Origin: Candidatus Pacearchaeota archaeon
GTDB taxonomy: Archaea; Nanobdellota; Nanobdellia; Pacearchaeales; GW2011-AR1
NCBI GenBank assembly: GCA_016181885.1
Contig: JACOYJ010000001.1
Coordinates: forward strand, 2,792 to 66,791
Length of the DNA: 64,000 nucleotides
Direction: 5' to 3'
Shown here: positions 27,118 through 36,931 of the stretch, one piece after another
Position numbering within the stretch: position 1 is the first letter of the stretch
Layout: the number at the start of each line of letters is the position of its first letter
The notes under the pieces: model-generated
What the model was told of the DNA's origin: nothing
What the model saw: only the letters and a program-made list of their open reading frames with translations
Database searches by the model: none
Translations under genes and position numbers: made by a program

Positions 27118-30100
27118 ATGAGAAATAAAAATAATTGCAAAATTAATGGAGTGTTAAAGATTTTATTAGTTTTATGGATGTTAATGATTGCTGGAACAAT
27201 CAGCGAGAATATTCATAAAAATTATAAAATGGAAAGCAAAACATTAAATTCTCCACTAAACCAAGCAAATTATAATCCTATATTAAATAAAATAAACATT
27301 ATAATTAATTTTTTATCAATAAGACAAATTTCAGTTGTCAGCGCAGCAGAAGTTTGCTGTGAAAAGGTTTCTGGAGGAGGATGGTGTCTTGATACTGAAG
27401 ATGGATGGTGTTCTCCCGGCTCTCCAAAATCAAGATGCGAGATATATGGACCGAACGGACAGCTAAAGGGAAAATGGAGTGAAAATCCAGGACCAGAATG
27501 CGAGCCTGGTTGTTGTGGTTTGTATGAAAACACAAAATACACGACAAGAAAAGCGTGCGAGATATTATCTGGAGATTTTAAAGATTCTGTGAGTGAAGAA
27601 AACTGCAAATTTTTAACGACAGAATTTGGAGCATGCATAATTCCTGGAGGTTGTATGTGGGCAACAAACGAAAAATGTTATGGGGTTGGAGATTTAGGTG
27701 GAATTGATTTCAAAAAAGGAGTTTATTGTTCTAATGAAGGGTTAGAAACTGAGTATGGATATAACTATGTACCGAACTCATCAAAGTTATGTTATGATGG
27801 AGATGTTTATTGGCAAGATAATAATGCAAACATGGAAGGAATTGCAGAAGATTGCAAAGAAGGAGAGGAGACATGCGATATAAATAGCGTTGGAGAATAC
27901 TATTGCAAAAGCACAAGCTGTGTTTATGAAGGGAAAAAGAGAGTCGATAAAGAAAGCTGGTGCGTGTATGATGCTTATGTTGGAGACAGCAGAGATTATC
28001 CTGGAAGCGAGCATTTCAAATTCTATTGTGATAATGGAGAGGTGAAAGTGGAAACAAATCCGGGAGAGCATAGAAATATGATATGCGCAGAAAATGTTGA
28101 CCCCGTTACCGGAATTTCAACAGCACAGCTAAGAGATAATTTATGGAAAGAATGTTTTTTGATAGACAATGCTGCTGAATGCAACAACCATCCTGATTGT
28201 CGTTTGCATAGCGTTTATGTCGATACTTACTTTAAGTTTGATGCGTGTGTTCCAAAATATCCTCCAGGGTTTGATATTTATTCTGAAAAACCTCAAGAGA
28301 ACGGAGAAGCTATATGCGGGTTGGCTAACATTGATTGTCTTCAAGTGTGGGATGATGACAGCACCAGTGATAACGACCTTGAAGCAAACGGAAGATGTGA
28401 TGACCCTAGCTATTATTTGCTGCAAATGCATAGTTTTTGCGCTTCTTTAGGAGATTGCGGAAGCTCATTTAACTATAAAGGAAATTATACTTATAGCAAT
28501 AAAGAAGGCTCATGGAGCGCGCTTTATTTTGCGGAAAGGGTGTGTAATGATATTGTGCGTGAATATGAGGCAAGAAGCGGAAATGGGATAACATCAGATT
28601 GGAGCACTACACTGCCAGATTTGAATATTAAAATACCAGGTCGGAATGTAATAATACCTAGTTCTGGTTTAAATACAAACATATTTGATTTAGATAAAAG
28701 AAATTATAATGCCTGCCTTGGCTTTTTAGCTGACTTTGAAAAGAGCAAAGATAAATTTAGTGTTACTGGAGGAGTTTATCCTGAGTGGATTAGAAATGCT
28801 CAAAGAAGAAGTGATGGAGATATAACATCAATTGAACTTATAAACAGCTTGATAGCAGGACGGGGAGAGGCTGTAGGAAATAAGTATTGGGAAGACCAAG
28901 GGATAAGTGATGGCGCGGCGGGAGCACCGGATATTTATTATGAGCCTTATTCATTCACTTGCGCTCCGTCGAGACCTCCTGTTGGAGGAGGTGAGTGTTA
29001 CAAGTGCAATGACAATCCTCTAATAAAATGCACTAATTATAGATGTAATAGTTTAGGAGGAGCCTGCGAGATTTTGGGAGAGACAAAAGACACTGATAAT
29101 CCTCTTTGTGTAGATAGATTTGGCTATAGAACTGACCTTATTCCTCCGCAAATATCTTTTGGAACAATATCGCCTGATTATAGAGTAACTCCTGGAGCGG
29201 ACGGAGTTTCTATTTCTCTTGCAGATGGAACATGCTCTGAAAAATACAGCAATGTTTCATTTACTCTTAATACAGACGAGAATGCAAAATGCTACACTTC
29301 AGAAGACAAATCAACACTTTTAGAAAATTTGGAAGATGGGCATGATTACAACACAACTCATTTTATTGAAAAAAACTTGGGAATCGATAATAAATTAAGA
29401 TTATTCACTATATGCCAGGATGTAAACGGAAATCCAAATACTAAAGAGTATATTGTAGACATATGCGTAAGCCCGCAGCCTGACCATAAAGCTCCAGAAA
29501 TAAGAAGATTTATTCCTGAAAGCGGAAGCTATTTACCTTTTGGAGAGACAAAAAGAATTGTAACTTTAAAAATAAATGAGCCTGCAGTATGCAGATATGC
29601 TAAGACTCCTTATGTGCCTATTGAAAGCATGAGCTATTTATGTGAAACTGATGACGAAGGAATTGGGCCTTACTCCTGCACAGCAGAAATTGAAGATTTG
29701 ACAAGTCCTCAAAACGACATTTATATAAGATGCAATGATACTCTTGGAAATTTCCATCAATCAGATATACTTTACACATTATTCCAAACAAGAGAAGCAT
29801 TAAAAATAGAGATAGTATCGCCTCTAAGCGGCAGTATAAGAGAAACTCCAATCAGCGCAAGTAATCCTTTGATATTAGAAGTAAAAACTTCAAAAGGAGC
29901 TTATAATGGCGATTCTATATGCAGTTACAAATTCTTAGAACAGGGATGGGGAGCAGAATTTTTTGAGACTGGTTTAAAAAAACATAGGCAGGAATTTAGC
30001 ACCGGAGCGCTTGTAAATGGCTATTACAATATTAAAGTGAAATGTGAAGATGCAGCCGGCAATAAAGCAGAGACCATAGTAAGCTTCTCAATCAATATAG

Positions 30101-30663
30101 ATAAAGAACCTCCAGTTATAATCAACAAAAGTGTTTCCGGAACAACTATGACTTTGGCTACAGACGAACCTGCCGAATGTGTTTATAATACAACATCATG
30201 CAATTATTTATTTAGAGATGCTTTAAAAAACGATATCAGCTACGGAAGAACGACAACTCATAAAATATATGACTTCAGCAAGAGAATCGATTACTATGTT
30301 AGATGCATGGATGAATTCGGCAATGAGGATTGCACTGCTATATGGGCAACTGAAAAGAATGATGGACTGCCTCCTGAAGCTGTGAGGGTATTTTATGACA
30401 GTGATGAAACTGGAGACTTAAAATTAATAACTGATGAAGATGCGCAGTGCAGATACAAAACTTCAACCTGCAGTTTTAACTTTGAGGAAGGCCAAGAAAT
30501 GAGCAGAGGGTATTCTCAAAACAGCGAATATTCCAGAGAACATTATGCTCCTTGGAATTTAAACACCAAATACCACATTAAATGCAAAGACAGCTGGGGC
30601 AATGTTAACACGGGATGCTTAATAATTGTTGAACCAATTAAAATAGCAGAGATAGAAGGATAA
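27118..30663 (+). CDS. Giant Cys-rich secreted protein B1 (1181 aa)
   Basis: N-terminal hydrophobic anchor. The N-terminal half is homologous to 32102..33676 and the C-terminal half to the C-terminal part of 34392..36638. Contains five repeats of about 100 aa. Confidence 0.75.
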   Translation: MRNKNNCKINGVLKILLVLWMLMIAGTISENIHKNYKMESKTLNSPLNQANYNPILNKINIIINFLSIRQISVVSAAEVCCEKVSGGGWCLDTEDGWCSPGSPKSRCEIYGPNGQLKGKWSENPGPECEPGCCGLYENTKYTTRKACEILSGDFKDSVSEENCKFLTTEFGACIIPGGCMWATNEKCYGVGDLGGIDFKKGVYCSNEGLETEYGYNYVPNSSKLCYDGDVYWQDNNANMEGIAEDCKEGEETCDINSVGEYYCKSTSCVYEGKKRVDKESWCVYDAYVGDSRDYPGSEHFKFYCDNGEVKVETNPGEHRNMICAENVDPVTGISTAQLRDNLWKECFLIDNAAECNNHPDCRLHSVYVDTYFKFDACVPKYPPGFDIYSEKPQENGEAICGLANIDCLQVWDDDSTSDNDLEANGRCDDPSYYLLQMHSFCASLGDCGSSFNYKGNYTYSNKEGSWSALYFAERVCNDIVREYEARSGNGITSDWSTTLPDLNIKIPGRNVIIPSSGLNTNIFDLDKRNYNACLGFLADFEKSKDKFSVTGGVYPEWIRNAQRRSDGDITSIELINSLIAGRGEAVGNKYWEDQGISDGAAGAPDIYYEPYSFTCAPSRPPVGGGECYKCNDNPLIKCTNYRCNSLGGACEILGETKDTDNPLCVDRFGYRTDLIPPQISFGTISPDYRVTPGADGVSISLADGTCSEKYSNVSFTLNTDENAKCYTSEDKSTLLENLEDGHDYNTTHFIEKNLGIDNKLRLFTICQDVNGNPNTKEYIVDICVSPQPDHKAPEIRRFIPESGSYLPFGETKRIVTLKINEPAVCRYAKTPYVPIESMSYLCETDDEGIGPYSCTAEIEDLTSPQNDIYIRCNDTLGNFHQSDILYTLFQTREALKIEIVSPLSGSIRETPISASNPLILEVKTSKGAYNGDSICSYKFLEQGWGAEFFETGLKKHRQEFSTGALVNGYYNIKVKCEDAAGNKAETIVSFSINIDKEPPVIINKSVSGTTMTLATDEPAECVYNTTSCNYLFRDALKNDISYGRTTTHKIYDFSKRIDYYVRCMDEFGNEDCTAIWATEKNDGLPPEAVRVFYDSDETGDLKLITDEDAQCRYKTSTCSFNFEEGQEMSRGYSQNSEYSREHYAPWNLNTKYHIKCKDSWGNVNTGCLIIVEPIKIAEIEG

Positions 30664-30690
30664 TTTATAAAATAATATAACGTTATAAAA

Positions 30691-31476
30691 ATGGTGAAAA
30701 AAATGGGTGAAAAAATCTCGCAAAGAGGGCAAGTCACATTATTTATAATCTTGGCTATAATAATAATTGCGCTTGGCTTATTAATTTACTTTTTATTTCC
30801 AAAAATAAAAACAAGCCTTGGATTTCAGGAAGAAAGCCCTTACCAATATTTAGAAGGATGCCTTGACAAAAATTATCTGCAGGACAAAATAAATGAAATT
30901 TCTCTGCAAGGCGGCTCTTTGAACCCCGAACATTATTTAGTTTATAATGGAAAAAATTTAGAGTATCTATGCTACACGAATAAATATTATGAGTCTTGCA
31001 TTGTTCAGCAGCCTTTCCTAAAGAGACATGTTGAAACTGAAATAGAAAATATTATCAGAGAAAATGCGAATGATTGTTTTGCTCAATTGGAAAATGAATA
31101 TAAAGACAAGGGATACGAAACGAGCTCGCGAAAAGGCGGGGTTGAAGTTGAATTGCTGCCAAAAAGGATTATATTCAAATTCAACAGCACATTGACTATT
31201 TCTAAGGACGGAAACTCTGAAAATTTCAATTTATTTAGAGTAGTTTTGAACAATAATCTTTATGAATTAGTTGCGATTGCTAGCAGCATAGTGGAGGGAG
31301 AAACTCTCTTCGGAGATATTGAAACAACTTATTACATGAGCTTATATCCAGAATTAAAAGTTGAGAAAAAAATTCAGACAGACGGCTCGACAGTTTACAT
31401 ATTAACTGACAGAAACACTGAAAATAAATTCCAGTTCGCATCTAGAAGCATGGCGTGGCCTCCCGGGTATGGATAA
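30691..31476 (+). CDS. Pilin-like (class III signal) protein A2
   Basis: N-terminus ISQRGQVTLFIILAIIIIALGLLIYFLF; paralog of A1. Confidence 0.65.
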   Translation: MVKKMGEKISQRGQVTLFIILAIIIIALGLLIYFLFPKIKTSLGFQEESPYQYLEGCLDKNYLQDKINEISLQGGSLNPEHYLVYNGKNLEYLCYTNKYYESCIVQQPFLKRHVETEIENIIRENANDCFAQLENEYKDKGYETSSRKGGVEVELLPKRIIFKFNSTLTISKDGNSENFNLFRVVLNNNLYELVAIASSIVEGETLFGDIETTYYMSLYPELKVEKKIQTDGSTVYILTDRNTENKFQFASRSMAWPPGYG

Positions 31477-31813
31477 GATGAAAAATATAATTCATAAAAT
31501 AAAAGAATCTTTTAATGAAAGAAATAGAGGTGGAACTCAGATGATAATATTATTATCAGCAACTGTTTTGTTTGTTGGAACACAAGTGTATGGCATGGTT
31601 TCTGCTCCAAATATAAAAGTTGCTCGTGAATTTGATTATTGCGGTAAAAAGGCTAAGATAATTGTCGAAGAAAGAAAACTGATTTATAATAGCGGATATG
31701 TTTTATTAAATGACAATGATGTAGTTAGAGGCACTTTAATAAGTGACAATGGTGATACAATAACCACGAGTATTGATGGATACACAATTAACGGTGAGCT
31801 TAAAAGATGGTAA
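31469..31813 (+). CDS. Hypothetical small protein with an N-terminal hydrophobic helix (possibly pilin-like)
   Basis: NRGGTQMIILLSATVLFVGTQVYG; overlaps both neighbouring genes. Confidence 0.45.
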   Translation: MDKMKNIIHKIKESFNERNRGGTQMIILLSATVLFVGTQVYGMVSAPNIKVAREFDYCGKKAKIIVEERKLIYNSGYVLLNDNDVVRGTLISDNGDTITTSIDGYTINGELKRW

Positions 31814-32115
31814 TTAAAAATAAAAATTTGGACTCAAAGACAATAATAAGGAAAATAGAAGAAAATAAAAAATCTCTCCAGAAATGGGGGGTTAAAAAGA
31901 TTGGCCTATTTGGCTCTTTTTTAAATGGAAAACCCACTAAAAGAAGCGACATAGACGTTTTGATCGTCTTAGAAAAGCCTGGCTTTGATAATTACATAGA
32001 GCTTAAACTCATGTTAGAGAGAATGTTCAAAAGAAAGATAGACCTTGTTATAGAAGAAGATTTAAGACCTGAATTAAAATACGTGAGAAAAGAGGCGAAA
32101 TATGCGAGATTATAA
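31807..32115 (+). CDS. Minimal nucleotidyltransferase (MNT-type, type VII antitoxin-like)
   Basis: GLFGSFLNGKPTKRSDIDVLIV is a GS..RG....SD.D motif. No HEPN partner is adjacent. Confidence 0.7.
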   Translation: MVIKNKNLDSKTIIRKIEENKKSLQKWGVKKIGLFGSFLNGKPTKRSDIDVLIVLEKPGFDNYIELKLMLERMFKRKIDLVIEEDLRPELKYVRKEAKYARL

Positions 32116-33676
32116 AATTTATTTAATTTTAGGAATTACAATAATTTTCTTTATTGGAATTCTGCCTTTAATAAATCCAGTCGGCGAGAAGAGATTTTGC
32201 TGCGAGAAAACAACTGAGGGAGCCTGGTGCATGGATGTCAAGGAAGAAAGCCAGTGCGCGACAGGCGCAAACTTAAATGTTCCTGTGCCGACTCCCTGCC
32301 AGGCAACTTCTTACTGCAAACTTGGATGGTGTTATGACAGCCAGCAAGGAACTTGCATGCCTAATGTTCCTCAAAAATTATGCAGCGCAAATCAAGGAAC
32401 CTGGAGTTCTGGAAGCGAGGCTCCCCCGCAATGCTCTTTAGGATGCTGTACTCTCGGAGACCAGGCAGCTTTTGTCACGCAAGTCACTTGCAAGAGAATG
32501 TCTGCTCTTTATGGAATTGAAACTGACTTCAGCACAGAATTTTCTAATGAACTTGAATGCATTGCATCAGTCACTTCTGAGGATAAAGGAGCGTGTGTAT
32601 TTGAAAAAGAATACGAAAAAACATGCCAGTTCTTGACGCAAAGAGAATGCGCGACACTTGGAACAAGCGAACAAAATGTTGAATTTCACAAAGGGATTTT
32701 GTGTTCTGCTGAAGAACTTGGAACAAATTGCGGACCTACAAAAAAAACAACTTGCGTTGAAGGAAAGGATGGAGTTTATTTTGTAGATTCCTGCGGAAAT
32801 GTTGCAAATATTTACGACGCTGATAAAGAGAAAGATAAAGATTATTGGAAAAGAGTTTATGATGCAGATGAAAGCTGCAATCCCGGCTCAAGCAACGCTG
32901 GTTCTGCTAAATGCGGGAATTGCGATTATTATTCGGGAAGCAATTGCAAACCTTATCAAAGAAGCGTTGATGGAGTAAGGCCAAATTTAGGAGAGAATAT
33001 TTGCAGGGATTTGGCCTGTGATTATCAAGGCACGAGATATGACCATGGAGAAACTTGGTGCGTAAGCAATACAAACAAGGGAAAAAATATTCCTGGAAGC
33101 GAGTATTTCAGATTTGTGTGCTATGATTCTGAGATAACTGTTGAACCTTGCGATGCATTCAGGCAAAGCATTTGCGTGGAGGAAAATGACAACGGATTTT
33201 CATATGCAAGATGCTCTGCAAACTTATGGAGAGATTGCATTGCGCAAGATAATCAATTAGATTGTGAGAATACTGACAAAAGAGACTGCAGGTGGATGGC
33301 TCACGACAAAGAGGATAATGGAGATTTAATATTTGCGTGCGTTCCAAAATTCTCTCCGGGATTTGACTTCTGGGGCTCAACAGAAGATGTTGAAACAGTT
33401 TCTGAAGGAGAAGGAATTTGCGCTATATCAAACACTGAATGCGTTTCCACTTTCACTAAAGGCTTGACTGGGGGGAAATGGGAGTGCCAGTCAAATTGCG
33501 GCTGCTGCCTTAATGATGATGAACATGAAGGATGTGATGGAGATGAATGGGCATCTAACAAAGTAAATCTCTGCAATGCTCTTGGAGACTGCGGAAACAA
33601 AATAAATTATATTGGAAATAAAGGATATCCAAACCGAACTGTAATTACTAGGGACGGGAAGGTGACTTCAAAATAA
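32102..33676 (+). CDS. Cys-rich secreted protein B2N (524 aa), homolog of the N-terminal half of B1
   Basis: CCEKTTEGAWC / GSEYFRFVCYD / ACVPKFSPGFD / CNALGDCGNKINY align with CCEKVSGGGWC / GSEHFKFYCDN / ACVPKYPPGFD / CASLGDCGSSFNY of B1. Confidence 0.75.
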   Translation: MRDYKIYLILGITIIFFIGILPLINPVGEKRFCCEKTTEGAWCMDVKEESQCATGANLNVPVPTPCQATSYCKLGWCYDSQQGTCMPNVPQKLCSANQGTWSSGSEAPPQCSLGCCTLGDQAAFVTQVTCKRMSALYGIETDFSTEFSNELECIASVTSEDKGACVFEKEYEKTCQFLTQRECATLGTSEQNVEFHKGILCSAEELGTNCGPTKKTTCVEGKDGVYFVDSCGNVANIYDADKEKDKDYWKRVYDADESCNPGSSNAGSAKCGNCDYYSGSNCKPYQRSVDGVRPNLGENICRDLACDYQGTRYDHGETWCVSNTNKGKNIPGSEYFRFVCYDSEITVEPCDAFRQSICVEENDNGFSYARCSANLWRDCIAQDNQLDCENTDKRDCRWMAHDKEDNGDLIFACVPKFSPGFDFWGSTEDVETVSEGEGICAISNTECVSTFTKGLTGGKWECQSNCGCCLNDDEHEGCDGDEWASNKVNLCNALGDCGNKINYIGNKGYPNRTVITRDGKVTSK

Positions 33677-33714
33677 AATGTTAAAACAAATTAATTCAAT
33701 GTTAAGGGAGATGG

Positions 33715-33830
33715 ATAATAATAATAATAATCTTCATGATGGTAAATGCTTAATAAAATTAAATTTTGAGGACGGCGATTCCTCACAAAACTTAAAAGAT
33801 TGGGTATTTTCGCCGTTGATGTAATGAAAG
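33715..33830 (+). repeat. Intergenic repeat family, fragment D (includes an AAT microsatellite)
   Basis: About 75 nt are near-identical (2 mismatches by eye) to the reverse complement of 46251..46330. Weaker similarity continues into the start of the next gene. Confidence 0.85.
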
Positions 33831-34306
33831 CAAAAAAAATTATATTAACTGGACTGGCTGGGTTAATCATTGGATGCGGCATAACAAACAGAGAACTAGT
33901 GCCTGCAATAAATTTTGGAGTTCCAAGGGAAGAAAACTACAAAGCAAGTTTTTTTGTCGGGAAAGAATGGTACGACAGAAATAAAAACAATTCCATGGAC
34001 AAAAGCGACGGGTATTACAATCCTGAAGTTTTCAAAGGAAAAGAACCGATAGTGGTAATTGCGGAGATTGAGGGATACAATGGAAATTTAACGACAAAGA
34101 TATGGAATAGCAAAACAGGAAATGTGGTAAAAACTGCAAGAAGAGAGATTCATGGCAAGACATTGATTCAATATAATTTTACAGCAGAAGACATAATGAA
34201 AAATCAGTTTGGAGGAGATGGTAATTACAATGTTGCATGGTATATTGGAGAGGGTGTTGATAGTGAAAGAATAGAAGAAAGAGGATTTAAAATAAAAAAT
34301 GAATAA
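33824..34306 (+). CDS. Putative lipoprotein (160 aa)
   Basis: MKAKKIILTGLAGLIIGCG has a lipobox-like IIGC. The track start at 33800 is TTG; the ATG is at 33824. Confidence 0.55.
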   Translation: MKAKKIILTGLAGLIIGCGITNRELVPAINFGVPREENYKASFFVGKEWYDRNKNNSMDKSDGYYNPEVFKGKEPIVVIAEIEGYNGNLTTKIWNSKTGNVVKTARREIHGKTLIQYNFTAEDIMKNQFGGDGNYNVAWYIGEGVDSERIEERGFKIKNE

Positions 34307-34391
34307 GAAAAAAATTATTTTAATTTGAGACGGTAGTTCAAGATGTTAGAAAAGTTTGTTCAGAAAATTAGAACAGGGGGGCTGAGATAAA

Positions 34392-36638
34392 ATGGCTAAA
34401 AAATTAAGCTCAATAAAAACGCTTTCAATATTTGAAATATTTATTTTAGTTTTGGGGGTTGTTGCAGTTGGGTATGCTATCGGGAGCAGTATTGGAGAGG
34501 TGAGTGCGCCAAGTCCTAGTGAAACCGATGAAGTTGATGAGATGGGGCAAGGAGCAACTTCTAAGGGAGCGCCGGTAGCAGCTACTGCAGTCGCCGGAGT
34601 ACAAGCAATTGGAAAAAAGGGATTGAACATTATTAAAGAACTAGTTCCTGGCTTGAAAAAGAGATCAGCGGTTGGTGGCTTGAAAACTGTTGTTGGTGAT
34701 GGAATTAAAGAAGGTTTGTTTAAACAAGTAGTTGGATCTGTTTGGCAAGTCGGAGTTAATGCAGTAGTTGCTTACGGTTTTGTTCAGGCTGTAAGATTAT
34801 TTGGACCTCTTATTGGTCTGGATAAATCTACAACTGCTGCTGCAGCAAAAGCTGTAGGATGGGGATATTTTGCTGAAAGAACCTCATTCGATTTATTAGT
34901 CAAAGAAGGAGGCCCAAGATTGTTAGGAAAAAAATTTGCAGAAGTCCTAGGTGGAAAAGTTTTAGGACCAATCACGGGAGCAGGACTAATTGGATTAGGT
35001 CTTGCCGTTGTTATATTCTTATTATCATACAAACGTTCACAAGAGCAAAGAGTCAGCTTTGCGTGTTATCAATGGGATGCGCCAACTGGAGGGGCAAATT
35101 GCGAGAAATGCAACCAGCAAGGATTAATTCCATGCACGCCATATCAATGCAAATCACTTGGACAGGGATGCGAATTTATAGATCAAGGAGATGAATCTTT
35201 ATGCGTTTGGCAAAATAGAAATGACCCCAGGCCTCCGACAATACAGCCTTGGCCTGATGCGCTTCCTAATGCAGATTACAGATATAAGCCAGATACAGCA
35301 ATAAGGCCTCCGGAAAGAGGAGTTTACATAACTTATAATGGCGAGAGAAGAGACGAAAAAGGATGCATTCCGCCTTTCACCAAATTCAGCTTCGGAATAA
35401 CTATTGTCGGCGGCGGAGTAGATAATAAACCAGAGCCGGCGGTTTGCAAGATAGATACAGAAAGAAAACAAGGATTCGATGAAATGATGGACTATTTCGG
35501 GCAAAACTCTAATAAAAGATATAACCATACACAAATGATGAATTTGCCAAGCAAAGAATCTTTGGAAGCTGAAGGATTGACTGTTGTAAATAATGGGGAG
35601 AGTCAATTGTTTGTAAGATGCCAGGATGTTAACGGAAATTTCAACACAGAAAATTTTGTCTTCAAGTATTGCGTCCAGCAAGGCCCGGATTTGATGGCGC
35701 CGGAAATTCTTGGAACAAGCATAGAAAACAACGCTTACATAGGATATAACACCTCTTCAACTCCCCTGACTCTTTACATGAATGAGCCGTCAGAATGCAG
35801 ATGGAATTATGATAGAGACATGAGTTTTGATGAAATGCCTAAAAACATGACGTGCTCTAAAAGTGTTTATGAAATGGGCTCGGATATGACTTATCCTTGT
35901 TCAACAACTCTTGATGGATTAAAGAGCCAGGCAATAAATGCATTTTATTTTAGATGCAAAGACAAGCCATGGACGCCAAAAGAAGGAGAACAAAGAATTG
36001 AGATGTCTCAAGGATACAGGTTCACTTTAATTGGAACCCAGCCTTTAGTAATTACAGATGTTGGACCAACAAGAACTATAAAAGATTCTACTGAAAATGT
36101 TAAAGTAACTTTGACTGCTGAGACTTTTGCTGGAGCAAACCAGGGAGCAGCGCAATGTTTTTACAGCGAATCGTGTTTTGACGAAGCTGGCTCAAAAGAA
36201 CTTTTAACTTCTTTCGCTTATGAAGACGAATTGTACACCGCTCATACTCACTCCCAAGATATAAGGCCTGGAGCTGGAACTTTCAATTGTGTGATCTTAT
36301 GCCAAGACGCCGGGGGAAATTACGACGAGAAAGAATTTAGTTATAGTGTTGAAGTTGATTTCACTGCTCCTGAAGTTGTAAGGGCTTACAAAGATGAGAA
36401 TTCATTAACAATAGTAACTAACGAAAAAGGGGAATGTGTTTACGGAACGCAGGAATGCACTTACTTATACGAAGATGGCTTGTCGATGAGCTCGTTCGAC
36501 GGAACAGACCACCATACTCCATGGAATGCGCAGACAACCTATTATATAAAATGCGCCGATGATTATGGAAACCCGCCATCACCAAATGAATGCTCAATAA
36601 TTGTAAAGCCGTTTGAGCTGTACATCGATGAACAATAA
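34392..36638 (+). CDS. Membrane-anchored Cys-rich protein B2C (748 aa), homolog of the C-terminal half of B1
   Basis: The N-terminal about 220 aa has three hydrophobic segments and is Ala/Gly/Val-rich. From FACYQWDAP.GGANCEKCN onward it aligns with FTCAPSRPPVGGGECYKCN... of B1, including CQDVNGNFNT and YYIKCADDYGN. Confidence 0.75.
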   Translation: MAKKLSSIKTLSIFEIFILVLGVVAVGYAIGSSIGEVSAPSPSETDEVDEMGQGATSKGAPVAATAVAGVQAIGKKGLNIIKELVPGLKKRSAVGGLKTVVGDGIKEGLFKQVVGSVWQVGVNAVVAYGFVQAVRLFGPLIGLDKSTTAAAAKAVGWGYFAERTSFDLLVKEGGPRLLGKKFAEVLGGKVLGPITGAGLIGLGLAVVIFLLSYKRSQEQRVSFACYQWDAPTGGANCEKCNQQGLIPCTPYQCKSLGQGCEFIDQGDESLCVWQNRNDPRPPTIQPWPDALPNADYRYKPDTAIRPPERGVYITYNGERRDEKGCIPPFTKFSFGITIVGGGVDNKPEPAVCKIDTERKQGFDEMMDYFGQNSNKRYNHTQMMNLPSKESLEAEGLTVVNNGESQLFVRCQDVNGNFNTENFVFKYCVQQGPDLMAPEILGTSIENNAYIGYNTSSTPLTLYMNEPSECRWNYDRDMSFDEMPKNMTCSKSVYEMGSDMTYPCSTTLDGLKSQAINAFYFRCKDKPWTPKEGEQRIEMSQGYRFTLIGTQPLVITDVGPTRTIKDSTENVKVTLTAETFAGANQGAAQCFYSESCFDEAGSKELLTSFAYEDELYTAHTHSQDIRPGAGTFNCVILCQDAGGNYDEKEFSYSVEVDFTAPEVVRAYKDENSLTIVTNEKGECVYGTQECTYLYEDGLSMSSFDGTDHHTPWNAQTTYYIKCADDYGNPPSPNECSIIVKPFELYIDEQ

Positions 36639-36648
36639 GATAAAACCG

Positions 36649-36780
36649 ATGCTGATAAATTACATTGTTGGATTTTTATCAATATTCCTTGCGACAATAA
36701 TTTTACTAAATCTTATAATAAACACTGGCAAGCTGATAATAGCTTTTATGGGAATTGTAATATTCGTATATATCTATTGA
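36649..36780 (+). CDS. Possible small hydrophobic protein (43 aa)
   Basis: Own translation: MLINYIVGFLSIFLATIILLNLIINTGKLIIAFMGIVIFVYIY*. Starts 10 nt after the B2C stop. Confidence 0.3.
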   Translation: MLINYIVGFLSIFLATIILLNLIINTGKLIIAFMGIVIFVYIY

Positions 36781-36931
36781 TACGATTTATCAATAATTAT
36801 GAATCATTATTTTTAGAGTAAATAAATTAAGGCATAATATTAGAATAGATCGATAAAGATCAGATAAACAAAAGGGTATTCAAATTAATCCTAATCCATA
36901 TATAACGAGCTTGCGAACATTATTCTGTAAG

